In this document: in pieces, positions 41,079 to 50,287 of the stretch
How the letters are laid out: each line of letters opens with the position of its first letter
Numbering within the stretch: the stretch's first letter is position 1
Source: Myxococcota bacterium
Lineage (GTDB): Bacteria > Myxococcota_A > Polyangia > Polyangiales > Houyiibacteriaceae
Assembly (NCBI GenBank): GCA_039030515.1
Contig: JBCCEA010000002.1
Location: 163,036-227,035, forward strand
Direction: 5' to 3'
DNA length: 64,000 bases
Translations under genes and position numbers: made by a program
Notes under the pieces: model-generated
The model's input: only the letters and a program-made list of their open reading frames with translations
What the model was told of the DNA's origin: nothing
Databases searched by the model: none

Positions 41079-42711
41079 GCGAATGACAGTGGTATGCCGC
41101 CAGGATCTGACAAAACTCACGCAGAGCACTGTAATTACTAATATTTCTCAGATCTGCATGATCGACCAAATGGGGTCCGCGCTGACCATGAGCCTTTCCA
41201 CTTTCGAAGTACCCGAAACATCTCTTCATCAAGACGCCCAGCACCGACTCGGCCAACACCTTCTTGATGTCGCTGATAGGAGGGATACCCAATCATCCTG
41301 GCGACGCACTCTGCGGATATCCTGAGGGCTCTCCGACCGCTGGCGTCGAAGCAGCTCGACCGCCAGGACTCCTGGCGTGGCCGACTTCGGGAATCGCTAT
41401 GTAGCGGCATCCCCAAACTCTTGGGCCTTTCCGTCGGACCGTCCTGGTTGGGCGTCAACACTGAAGACGGTAACCCTGTGACCCGGTCGTTTTCGGTTCG
41501 ATCCGAAGCGGACCAATGCCAGGTTCTGGACGCACGCGCTGCATTGCCGGGCCACGTATCGACGGGTCCACTGCAGTCCGGTGGGCTGACGACCGACATC
41601 GGCTTGCTCGACTTTCGAGGCGCGTCGGGGGAATCACAATATTCGAACTTCCGGGCCTCATCTCGATTCGACTTGCGCACGATTTGAAAGTTGAACTGCG
41701 GGCCGACGGCCTCTGGCGGGACGATCCTTGGCTGCACGAAGGACATTTCCTCTCTGTTCTTGGGAATTAGCGGAGTGTCCATGTCCAACTCAGCGACTCA
41801 CGGTTGGCGTGTTTGCCGCCTCGATGCCTGAGCCGACTTCATTGGGTTTCCCTTGTTGCACCAGGACGGCAAACGCTTCACCGGGGGTCAGGTGACCACA
41901 CACGGAAACCCCTCATGCGTTCAATCCTTCGAGGTCGGCAGCACGAGACCCACCTATCGCGTGGCTGTCCACGACAAGACAAACGCCATAAGAAGGAGGA
42001 GACGAGAAGTGCCTTCCGAATCGATCTACTCGACGACATGGCGAGCTGCTGACTGGAATGACGAACAGGTAACTTGAGTCGAGTGTAGGGCTCGGGGCGC
42101 ACAGCGAAAACTTCAGCTCGTTTGCCAAGGGAAGCACGTCGAGCTTTCGGACCCGGCCACTGCATTTTCGCCTGAAGGAGTCGATGTGCTTTGGGAGTAT
42201 GTATCGTCGCGAAAGGTCCTTAGAACGGGCGATGCCACTCGCTTGAGGCGTTCACCGATTGATGCAAGGTGGCGGGCCGTTCTTGACGCTTCCTCCGCTG
42301 TGAAGGGGAACACGCGGCAGTTTAGGCCGGCGGCCAGAGCTCCCGCACAGCCGGCACACAGAGACCTACGCCAACTGATCTCGGTGCTCGCGAGACTGCG
42401 ACTTCTGTTGGGCCTCGGTGGAGACTCTGACTACCATGAAGTACTGAAGGTCGCGTTGCGCCAATTCTACATGGACCATCGATCGATCGCAGAAGATGTG
42501 AGGCTTGAACTCGACTCGGTGTTGCTGTTGGACCGGCCAGACTGCGAAAGCATCGACGCGAACCAGAAGCGAACGGATAGAGCTTAAGCACTCTCACCGA
42601 ATGAGCCTTCCCTCGAGCAACCTCGGGTCTTCGCCGGGAAATCCCGGACCGAACCGACCGACTTGGCCAACATTGCTCTTGGGCGGGTCATTTGACGACG
42701 GAATACGCAGG

Positions 42712-42989
42712 ATGCTTGCTTCTGACCAAGCAGAAAGCCGGCAAGGCTCATCGGCATAAGTGCTCGCTCCTTTGAGCGGCACGTGATGCCGGTCGTGATG
42801 AAGGTTCGAGTCGGTGGTCGTTGGATGTACGAACAAAAGGAGCTGGAGCGATGGGTCGAAGCAAACAGGGTTGGAAGCTGCAAGGCCCGCGAGCGAAGCA
42901 GCCACACTATCAGGTACGTTTCTCCCACGGCGGCAAGCGGCATTGCATCAGCACGCGCACGAGAGATCGTCGAGAAGCTACGGAAGTAG
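42712..42989 (+). pseudogene. Excisionase-like HTH gene overlapping int, apparent frameshift near 42738
   Basis: LLTKQKA/ARLIGISARSFERHVMP..VRVGGRWMYEQKELERWVEA. Confidence 0.6.
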
Positions 42990-44155
42990 CCGCACGCCTT
43001 TATGCTGAAATCGTGGGCGGCACACGGGGCCATACTACTGCGAGCACGAATCCATCGGCGCCGCTGGAAGAGCTCATGGCGGCGTGGCTGGCCTCGGTCG
43101 AGCCCAGGCTCGCGGCATCGACCTTCGACGAATACGTTCGCTACTGCAGACGATTTCAGAAGGTTTTCCAGCGCCTACCCGCGCTCTCATCGGTCAACGT
43201 CCAGAAATACATCGATGACCGACTTCAAGAGGTGCTTGGGAAAACGGTCGAGAAGGAGCTCTCGGCTCTTCAGGGATTCGTGGACTGGGCCGTTGAGCAC
43301 GGGTATCTTCCGGCGGCTCTACGTCTTCCCCGTGTACCACGCCGAGCGATAGGAACGCGTCGGTTCAACCCGCAGGTCGTGGAACTGTCGCCGGAGGAGG
43401 TCGAGTCCATACTGAGGGAGCTTCCGGAAACAACCAGCCGCCATCATCCTGTGCGGGCCTTCTATACCTTGATGTGGGAGGCAGGTCTTCGGGTGGGCAC
43501 CTTAACCCGTCTCATCGCCGACGACTGGAACCCCGACAAGAAGACCCTTCTTATTCGTGCGAAAGCGGATAAAAGCCGGTTCGAGAGAGAGCTTCCTGTC
43601 AGTGACCGCGCGGCAGCCATCCTGGACAGAGTCGCGACAGGGAAAGGCTACATCTTCTCACGGGTCGACTATCGTCACGCGCTTCGAAAGGCTGCTGCGG
43701 CTGCGTGCCTGCCATGAGACAAGGTCCGCAGGCTCTCAAACCACGACTTTCGCCATGCGAGGGCGACCCTTCTCACGTCCCGGTCTCAAAATCTGCCCGG
43801 CACGGCCTACCTGCTCGGGCACAAGCAGATCACTACGACGAACATCTACGCGAAACCTCGACAGCGGGCGGCTCGAGAGGTGCTAGAAGCGGCCGCCAAA
43901 GAGGGTATTGGCGCGCAGGATGGCGCGGAACCGGAGCCTCCGACCGCGGAACGACTCGGTCGCCCCGCCTCAACATCAGTGAAAACATTCGGTACGAGGA
44001 GGGGGACTCGAACCCCCACGGGTGTTACCCACCGGAACCTAAATCCGGCGCGTCTACCAATTCCGCCATCCTCGCGCGAACTGCAGCACGCCTCTGAACG
44101 CCGCCGCTCGAGCAAAGAGGTGCGCCGGGAAGGCTGTCGTGTCAACCTCGTTTAA
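42851..44155 (+). pseudogene. Tyrosine integrase with a premature TGA at 43715-43717
   Basis: AGLR and K before the stop; HDFRH, LLGH and NIY in frame after it. The ORF then reads through att and antisense across the tRNA. Confidence 0.88.
43991..44075 (-). tRNA. tRNA-Leu (anticodon TAG)
   Basis: GCGAGGATGGCGGAATTGGTAGACGCGCCGGATTTAGGTTCCGGTGGGTAACACCCGTGGGGGTTCGAGTCCCCCTCCTCGTACC; class II cloverleaf. Confidence 0.97.
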
Positions 44156-44159
44156 CGGG

Positions 44160-45536
44160 ATGTGGGTTTTGTCGTCGTGGAACACCGCCTTTGGCATGTG
44201 GCTTCTGCTGCTCGTGTGTTCGCTCTCGCTATCGCCAGACGAGGCGTGGGCCCACGGCCGCTTTCCAGAATCGGTCCGCATCGAGTTCGACCCTGCCCAC
44301 TCCGGGCGGATTGGGGTTGGAACCACGTTCGGAATCTTGATCACAGAGGATAACGGCCTCAACTGGACCTGGATCTGCCGGGAGGCGCTCGACATCACCC
44401 TCAACGAAGATCCCCCTTTTTCGTTCCTCGCGGGAGACACGATACTCGCCACCACCTTTCGAGGACTCGTCACCGGGTCGGCTTCGGGATGCGGCTTTCG
44501 TTCGCCGAGCGCGGTGCTCGGTGCGACCATCGTGATCGACGTGTTCCAAACCGCAGTCGATGAGGCCTTTGTGCTGACGTCTCCGGGGAACGCACCCAAC
44601 GAGGTTTTTGCGACCCGGGACGGGGGCGAGAGCTTCTCGGCGCTACCCGTGCCCATCGCCGAGGCGGGTTATCTCTCAGAGCGCGTCCGCGCCTCCGGAG
44701 ACGTGATCTATGTAAGCGGCGCAAAACCGGCAAGCGCGAAAAGCCCGCGTGAAGCACGAGTCTACCGGTCCGAAGACCGCGGCGTCTCTTGGGTCGGCAC
44801 CCCATTCGAGCTCAGAGAAGGGGAACGAAATATTTTTCTTTTAGGGGTAGATCCCCAGAACACCGATCACCTCTTGATGCAGGTCGCACATCATAACGAC
44901 TTCGAGGTGCCGGATCGCCTGGTTGAAAGCCGTGATGGAGGCAAGAGCTGGCAAGACCGATGGACCGCGGGAACGCTACGGGGCTTTGCCTGGGATCAGG
45001 TCTCCGGCGAAATCTGGGTAGGAGGAACCGATCCGTCGATCCTGGCCGTGTCACGAGACGGGGGGATGACGTTTGAAACCGTGCGCGACGATCTTCAGAT
45101 CGGATGCCTCGCGGTCCGCGAAGATGAGCTTTGGGCGTGCGCTCAGAACTGGATCGACGGGTTTTCCGTTGGAAAATCGACCGATGGAGGCCTGCATTTC
45201 GAGCCGCAAGTGGTCTTTGACACTACCCCCCTTGAACCCGTGGTGTGTGCATCGGATCCGGCGACCACCGAGAGCTGCGCCGAGGCCTATCCAGATCTCG
45301 AGCAAGATCTTGGCCTCGCAGCCAATCTAGACGACGGTGGTGTGACGGATGGCGGTCTCGGCGATTCCGGCACAGTTCCCCCGGAAGATGACGCTAGCTC
45401 GGGTTGTAGTGCGGTCGGCCGTATCGGATTTCTGTCCGCGCTTTGGCCGATTGCGCTGTGGCTGATTGTGCTGTGGCTTGGTGTCCGGCGACTGGGTCCT
45501 AGAGCTCGAACTCGGCGCGTTCGAGAATTTCGGTGA
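44160..45536 (+). CDS. Exported BNR/Asp-box repeat protein with a MYXO-CTERM-like tail
   Basis: AWA/HGRFP signal, repeated S/TxDGGxSW, and SSGCS followed by a TM helix and RR. Confidence 0.75.
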   Translation: MWVLSSWNTAFGMWLLLLVCSLSLSPDEAWAHGRFPESVRIEFDPAHSGRIGVGTTFGILITEDNGLNWTWICREALDITLNEDPPFSFLAGDTILATTFRGLVTGSASGCGFRSPSAVLGATIVIDVFQTAVDEAFVLTSPGNAPNEVFATRDGGESFSALPVPIAEAGYLSERVRASGDVIYVSGAKPASAKSPREARVYRSEDRGVSWVGTPFELREGERNIFLLGVDPQNTDHLLMQVAHHNDFEVPDRLVESRDGGKSWQDRWTAGTLRGFAWDQVSGEIWVGGTDPSILAVSRDGGMTFETVRDDLQIGCLAVREDELWACAQNWIDGFSVGKSTDGGLHFEPQVVFDTTPLEPVVCASDPATTESCAEAYPDLEQDLGLAANLDDGGVTDGGLGDSGTVPPEDDASSGCSAVGRIGFLSALWPIALWLIVLWLGVRRLGPRARTRRVREFR

Positions 45537-46809
45537 CCCGATGCAAGAAACCGTTGGCCTTCACCCCGTCCACGATGCGGTGGTCGTAGGTTAGAGCCAT
45601 GTACATCACCGGATGAATCACGATGGCATCTTCGCCACCGACTTCGACGACCACGGGGCGTTTCTTGATCGTGCCCGTCCGTAAAATGCCTACGTTCGGC
45701 TGAGAAAGAATCGCTCCGCCGACCAGGTTGCCTTGGCGGCCTGGGTTCGAGATGGTGAAGGTTTTGCTCGATAGGTCGTCCGGGGTGAGCTTGCCACCAC
45801 GGGCCTTGCCGGCGAGTTCTTGAATCGAGCGAGCGATCCCCTTCACCGTCAGTTCGTCCGCGTTTCGAATCACGGGCACTACCAGACCTTCATCGGTATC
45901 CACCGCAACGCCGAGATGAATGTTTCGCAGCAGAACGTAGGAGTCTTCGAGAACTCGAGCGTTCAGTTCCGGAAACTCGCGCAGCGCACGGCAGGTGGCG
46001 GCCGCCACAAAGGCCAGAAAACTGAGCCCCACGCCCTCTTTTTTGTATTGGTTCTTGTGCGCGTCCCGTAGTTTGGCCGTCTTGTCCAGGTCGCACTCTG
46101 CCAGCGTGACCACTTCCGGCGAGTTCTGCTTCGAAAACACCATGTGGTCGGCAATGATGCGACGGCGCCTTGAGAACGGGATGAGCTCGTCGCCCTCCTC
46201 CGCAACATAGGGCGGCATTTTGAAGGCTCCAATTCGGGTCGCAGGGGGGAGAACTCCGGCTCTTGGGGCAGCCGCAGCAACGCGGGGCTTGCTGGGCGAA
46301 TCGGGAGCGTTCACCTCCCATTGGGGCTGCTCGATGGCGGCAAGACCGGTGCCTTGGACCGCGCGAAGCACATCGTCTCGAGTGATGCGGCCGCGATCGC
46401 CGGTGCCGGCAACCGCCTGCAAATCGACCCCTTCTTCGCGCGCAACTTTGCGAACCGAGGGAGATGCGAGCCCGACGCTCGAAGAAACCGATTCTGCGTC
46501 ATCACCGCTCGAAGCCGCGCGATTGGCTGCTGCCTCGAGCGCATCGCGGCCCGACGAGGCATCTGCCGTCGCTCCAGCCTCGATCTCGCAGAGGGTTTCA
46601 CCTACGGCCACCACCTCGTCTTCCGCCTTCAGTACGCGACGCACGACTCCTGCCGTCGGGGCATTGATCTCGGTGTCGGTCTTGTCGGTCAGCAATTCGA
46701 CGAGGGGTTGGTCTTTTTCGACCTGTTGACCTTCTTCCACTAGCCAGCGGCCTACGGTCGCTTCAACGACGCTCTCTCCCAGCTGTGGAACGCTCACCTC
46801 GGTAGCCAT
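45499..46809 (-). CDS. Second dihydrolipoamide acyltransferase E2 (SucB-like)
   Basis: PQLGESVVEAT, TDKT, ASPSVRKVARE and YDHRIVDG motifs. Confidence 0.92.
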   Translation of the reverse strand: MATEVSVPQLGESVVEATVGRWLVEEGQQVEKDQPLVELLTDKTDTEINAPTAGVVRRVLKAEDEVVAVGETLCEIEAGATADASSGRDALEAAANRAASSGDDAESVSSSVGLASPSVRKVAREEGVDLQAVAGTGDRGRITRDDVLRAVQGTGLAAIEQPQWEVNAPDSPSKPRVAAAAPRAGVLPPATRIGAFKMPPYVAEEGDELIPFSRRRRIIADHMVFSKQNSPEVVTLAECDLDKTAKLRDAHKNQYKKEGVGLSFLAFVAAATCRALREFPELNARVLEDSYVLLRNIHLGVAVDTDEGLVVPVIRNADELTVKGIARSIQELAGKARGGKLTPDDLSSKTFTISNPGRQGNLVGGAILSQPNVGILRTGTIKKRPVVVEVGGEDAIVIHPVMYMALTYDHRIVDGVKANGFLHRVTEILERAEFEL

Positions 46810-47189
46810 GCTCGGTTCCTCCAGAGTCTTGGTGAGGAACATACACGAAGTTTAGGAAGCAGATCGATTCTCGGTCGAAAAGATCCTGGAAACGGCCTAT
46901 CGAAGGAAAAACAACGGAGCAGCGATAAAGGAAATACCGCAGATATCTCCACTGCTTATGCCGAACCACAGGCGCTGAAGGTCCCGACGAAGAGAAACGA
47001 TTAAGCCGATCCGTTCGGATGCCTAAGGCACACCTCGATCGGTCCGGATGTCTGGATCGGTTTATCCGGCGGAAATCGTTGCGTGATGAACTCCGAGGCA
47101 GGCTCCGGCGTTTGTTGCACAGCGCGATGCAACGAACCATGCTGGGCGTAGTGGTCGACTTAGAGCAAGAGCTCGCTAAACGGGACAAA

Positions 47190-47345
47190 ATGTTTGTCGC
47201 GCGCCTTGTCTTGACGCTGGTGCTGGGAGCGATCTTCGGGCTCTTTGTGTACGCCAAGTTGATCAGCGCGGAAATTGGAGCATGTACCGCAGGAGCGTTC
47301 GGAGACATCACGGAAAGCGGCTCGGAGATCGATCCGTCAAAGTAG
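47190..47345 (+). CDS. Small membrane protein (start uncertain)
   Basis: Single hydrophobic segment upstream of the TerB-like gene. Confidence 0.35.
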   Translation: MFVARLVLTLVLGAIFGLFVYAKLISAEIGACTAGAFGDITESGSEIDPSK

Positions 47346-47394
47346 TCTCGAACCGGGTAGATGCGGGCAACGCCTGCGCAAACGGGAGGCCGCA

Positions 47395-47739
47395 ATGACT
47401 GAAACCACGCTATCTTTCGACACCCTCGACTCCAAGGACCGGATGCAGCTGATGAAGTTCATCTGCTCCTTCGCCTGGGCGGATTTACAGGTCAAGTCTT
47501 CCGAAAAAGCGTTTGTGTCCGATATGGTGAGACGACTCGAACTAAGCGGTACCGAGCAGGCTCAAGTGGAGGCCTGGCTCGAGCTCCCTCCCGCTGCCGA
47601 CGAGCTCGATCCGACAGACATCCCGAAGGCTCACCGCCAGCTCTTTCTCGATGCGGCGCGGGCGATGATCCTCGCGGATGGTTCCGTCGAACAAGAGGAG
47701 GCGGAAAATCTTGCCCTCCTCGATCTGCTGATGCGCTGA
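47395..47739 (+). CDS. TerB-family protein
   Basis: AWADLQVKSSE and MILADGSVEQEE motifs; GGAGG SD. Confidence 0.8.
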   Translation: MTETTLSFDTLDSKDRMQLMKFICSFAWADLQVKSSEKAFVSDMVRRLELSGTEQAQVEAWLELPPAADELDPTDIPKAHRQLFLDAARAMILADGSVEQEEAENLALLDLLMR

Positions 47740-47905
47740 ATCACGCCCGATTCACTCGATCGAATCTGACCCGCTGAATCGAATTAGGTACGTGGGGTCG
47801 AATCTGATGCCGAAAACCAATACCGATACGCGGAGTCGAAACCAATGCGTCGCATCGAGTGTAGTGGATCAGTGCACTCGGGAAGACACAGTGCACTCGA
47901 GAAGG

Positions 47906-49525
47906 CTACGCGGTTTCGGGAGGCTCTTCACCTAAGGCCTTGGCGATGGCCTCTCTGAGCGAGTTGAGGTCGTAGGGCTTGGGTAAAAACCCGAGGGCGC
48001 CCAGTTTCTGAAGTTTGCGTTCACGTTCATCGTCCCAGTATCCCGAGACAAAGAGCACCTGAACGCCAGGATGTTGCGCTCTGAGACGTTCGTACGCCTC
48101 CTCACCCGAGACATTGGGCATATCCAAGTCGAGGATGACCAGGTCGGGTTTGGGAGAAGAGCTGCGATAGATTTCGACAGCTTCCCGGCCGTCTTTTGCG
48201 TAGATGATGTTGTGGCCGGATTGGCGCAACAGCCTACCCGCGCTTCGACGGACGACCGGTTCGTCATCGACCAGCAGAATCGTACCGGTCTTGCTCGGTC
48301 GCACCGTAGGCGGCGCCTCGGCGCGGTCCATGGTGGGAGCGGTGCCGGTGCGGCGGCCTTGACGGATGGCGGGCAGGAGAACACGGAACGTCGTGCCTCG
48401 GTTCGGGGTGCTTTGCACATCGACATGCCCCCCGTGGGCACTGACTACTTCATAGACGGTAGCGAGCCCGAGACCCGACCCGGCCTCGGACTTCGTGGTG
48501 AAGAAGGGTTCGAAGACCCTCTTACGGGTTTCGGTGTCCATACCGACGCCCGTATCTTGAATCACCACCACGGCATGCTCTGTGGAGGAAGACAGGGGCA
48601 CTGTGGTTAGGGTCTCAGCGCCCTGCAAGCGAACGACGACCGAAAGCACACCTCCACCGGGCATCGCGTCGCGCGCATTGATGCAGAGGTTCATGAGCAC
48701 CTGGTAGAGCTGCCCTCGGTCTCCAGTTACGACGATGTCGGGATCTACGTTGGAGTTGATCGAGATCGAGCGGTCGAAGGTCCTCTGGACCAGATGCACC
48801 ACTTCTTCGCAGAGCGTCGAAATATCCACTGGACCGTGTTGGGAAGATCCGCGGCGCGCAAATCCAAGCAGGCGGCGCGTCAAATCTGCGGCGCGCTTAC
48901 TCGCCATGCGAATATCGGTGAAGCATTCGTGCACTTCCTCGTCCGAGAGCTTGCTGTCTGGTGGCAGCTCCGCGAGGTAGTCCATGCTGGCCATGACGGC
49001 CCCGAGTAAATTATTGAAATCGTGCGCGATTCCAGCGCCCAAGCGCCCGATAGCCTCCATCTTTTGGCGCTGGAGTACTTTGTCTTCTAGAGGATCCTGA
49101 TGCGTGAACAGAAGTACGGTATGCGACCCCACCTGAATACGGTCGCCAAAGTTCAAGGACTGCTTTTCCACCACCGAACCGTTGACCATTGTTCCGTTGC
49201 GGCTGCCCATATCTTCGACGACGAAACTGCCGTTTTCGTCCGCCATCACCCGGGAATGCAATCGGGACACTTGGGGGTCGTCGATGCGAATATTGGCTTC
49301 GGTCGCCCGTCCGATGGTGGCGCTATGCTCGACTACATATTTGCGGCCAACCTCAGGGCCTGCCAGCACCAGAATTCTAGCTCGCGACCGGTTCGATTGA
49401 GCGATCCAGCTGCCTACAGCATGGCCCACAGCGGTATGGGTTGTAAGTTCGTCGTCTTCTGCGGTCACAGGAGCGGTCGTATCGTAGACGCTTGGCGTTG
49501 GTTCTAAGGGTACCGGGTTCTTCAT
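47906..49525 (-). CDS. FHA-domain hybrid histidine kinase (FHA-HisKA-HATPase-REC)
   Basis: IGR..VSRLH..GSRNGT, AHDFNNLL, NARDAM, FEPFFTTK and LLVDDE motifs. Confidence 0.93.
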   Translation of the reverse strand: MKNPVPLEPTPSVYDTTAPVTAEDDELTTHTAVGHAVGSWIAQSNRSRARILVLAGPEVGRKYVVEHSATIGRATEANIRIDDPQVSRLHSRVMADENGSFVVEDMGSRNGTMVNGSVVEKQSLNFGDRIQVGSHTVLLFTHQDPLEDKVLQRQKMEAIGRLGAGIAHDFNNLLGAVMASMDYLAELPPDSKLSDEEVHECFTDIRMASKRAADLTRRLLGFARRGSSQHGPVDISTLCEEVVHLVQRTFDRSISINSNVDPDIVVTGDRGQLYQVLMNLCINARDAMPGGGVLSVVVRLQGAETLTTVPLSSSTEHAVVVIQDTGVGMDTETRKRVFEPFFTTKSEAGSGLGLATVYEVVSAHGGHVDVQSTPNRGTTFRVLLPAIRQGRRTGTAPTMDRAEAPPTVRPSKTGTILLVDDEPVVRRSAGRLLRQSGHNIIYAKDGREAVEIYRSSSPKPDLVILDLDMPNVSGEEAYERLRAQHPGVQVLFVSGYWDDERERKLQKLGALGFLPKPYDLNSLREAIAKALGEEPPETA

Positions 49526-49670
49526 GCAAACGTAAACAACTCTTCGAGACGAAGAGACCAGCTTCCTTGTGGCGAATGCTTTGCGATTGCACGGCACCGA
49601 GACACCCTGCACCTTGATCCTTCTGACCCAGCGTCTCCAGGTAAGGCGCTCGATCGGAACTCCCCACGTC

Positions 49671-50261
49671 ATGACCAGTCCAGGGCCCATGTTCACGACC
49701 AACACGCTTCAGTCCTTCATCGCGGATATCGAAGACGCCGTACGCGCCACAGACCAGCAAACCGCTCGCGTCGATCGGGTGGCCACCGTGCTTCGGAACT
49801 ATCTCCAAAGTACACATTGGCTGCCGGAAAAGTTTCAGAAAGTTCAGGCAGCGCACTACGCGCGGCACCTGGTGCATCGTTCGAGCGACCTGGGAGTCAC
49901 CGTCGTGGCGATGGTGTGGGCTCCAGGTCAGACGACGCCGATTCACGATCATGCGGGAACCTGGTGCGTAGAGGGGGTTTATGCAGGGCGGATTCTGGTC
50001 ACCCGATACGACCTTGCCTCACAGGAAGGCTCGAGCGTCTTTCATTTTCGACAACACGGTCAGTTCGAACAAGGCCTTGGCGGCACCGGCGCCTTGATCC
50101 CCCCGGTGGAGTATCACTCTATCGAAAACCGCGAGGCCACTCCTGCGGTGACCGTCCACGTCTATGGACGCGAACTCGAGCAGTGCGGCGTGTATCTGCC
50201 GGAGCCTGACGGGAGCCATCGTCTCGAACACAAAAACCTCCAGTACGCGACGATGTACTGA
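49671..50261 (+). CDS. Cysteine dioxygenase-family protein
   Basis: YARHLV, WAPGQTTPIHDH, EYH and TVHVY motifs. Confidence 0.85.
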   Translation: MTSPGPMFTTNTLQSFIADIEDAVRATDQQTARVDRVATVLRNYLQSTHWLPEKFQKVQAAHYARHLVHRSSDLGVTVVAMVWAPGQTTPIHDHAGTWCVEGVYAGRILVTRYDLASQEGSSVFHFRQHGQFEQGLGGTGALIPPVEYHSIENREATPAVTVHVYGRELEQCGVYLPEPDGSHRLEHKNLQYATMY

Positions 50262-50287
50262 GGCGTGCGAGTGTGGACTGAAGCCCT

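Larger units (their letters stand above)
38721..44050. mobile_element. About 5.3 kb decayed integrative element in tRNA-Leu(TAG)
   Basis: Flanking 60-bp att repeats, tyrosine integrase, xis-like ORF and several pseudogenes. Confidence 0.9.

Noticed and set aside
41065..42600. Remnants inside the integrated element (possible DUF4276-like C-terminus and other ORFs)
   Set aside because: Too degraded to assign; no convincing motif.
38781..43990. Prophage or phage satellite
   Set aside because: No capsid, terminase, primase or replication gene recognised; only int/xis and decayed cargo.
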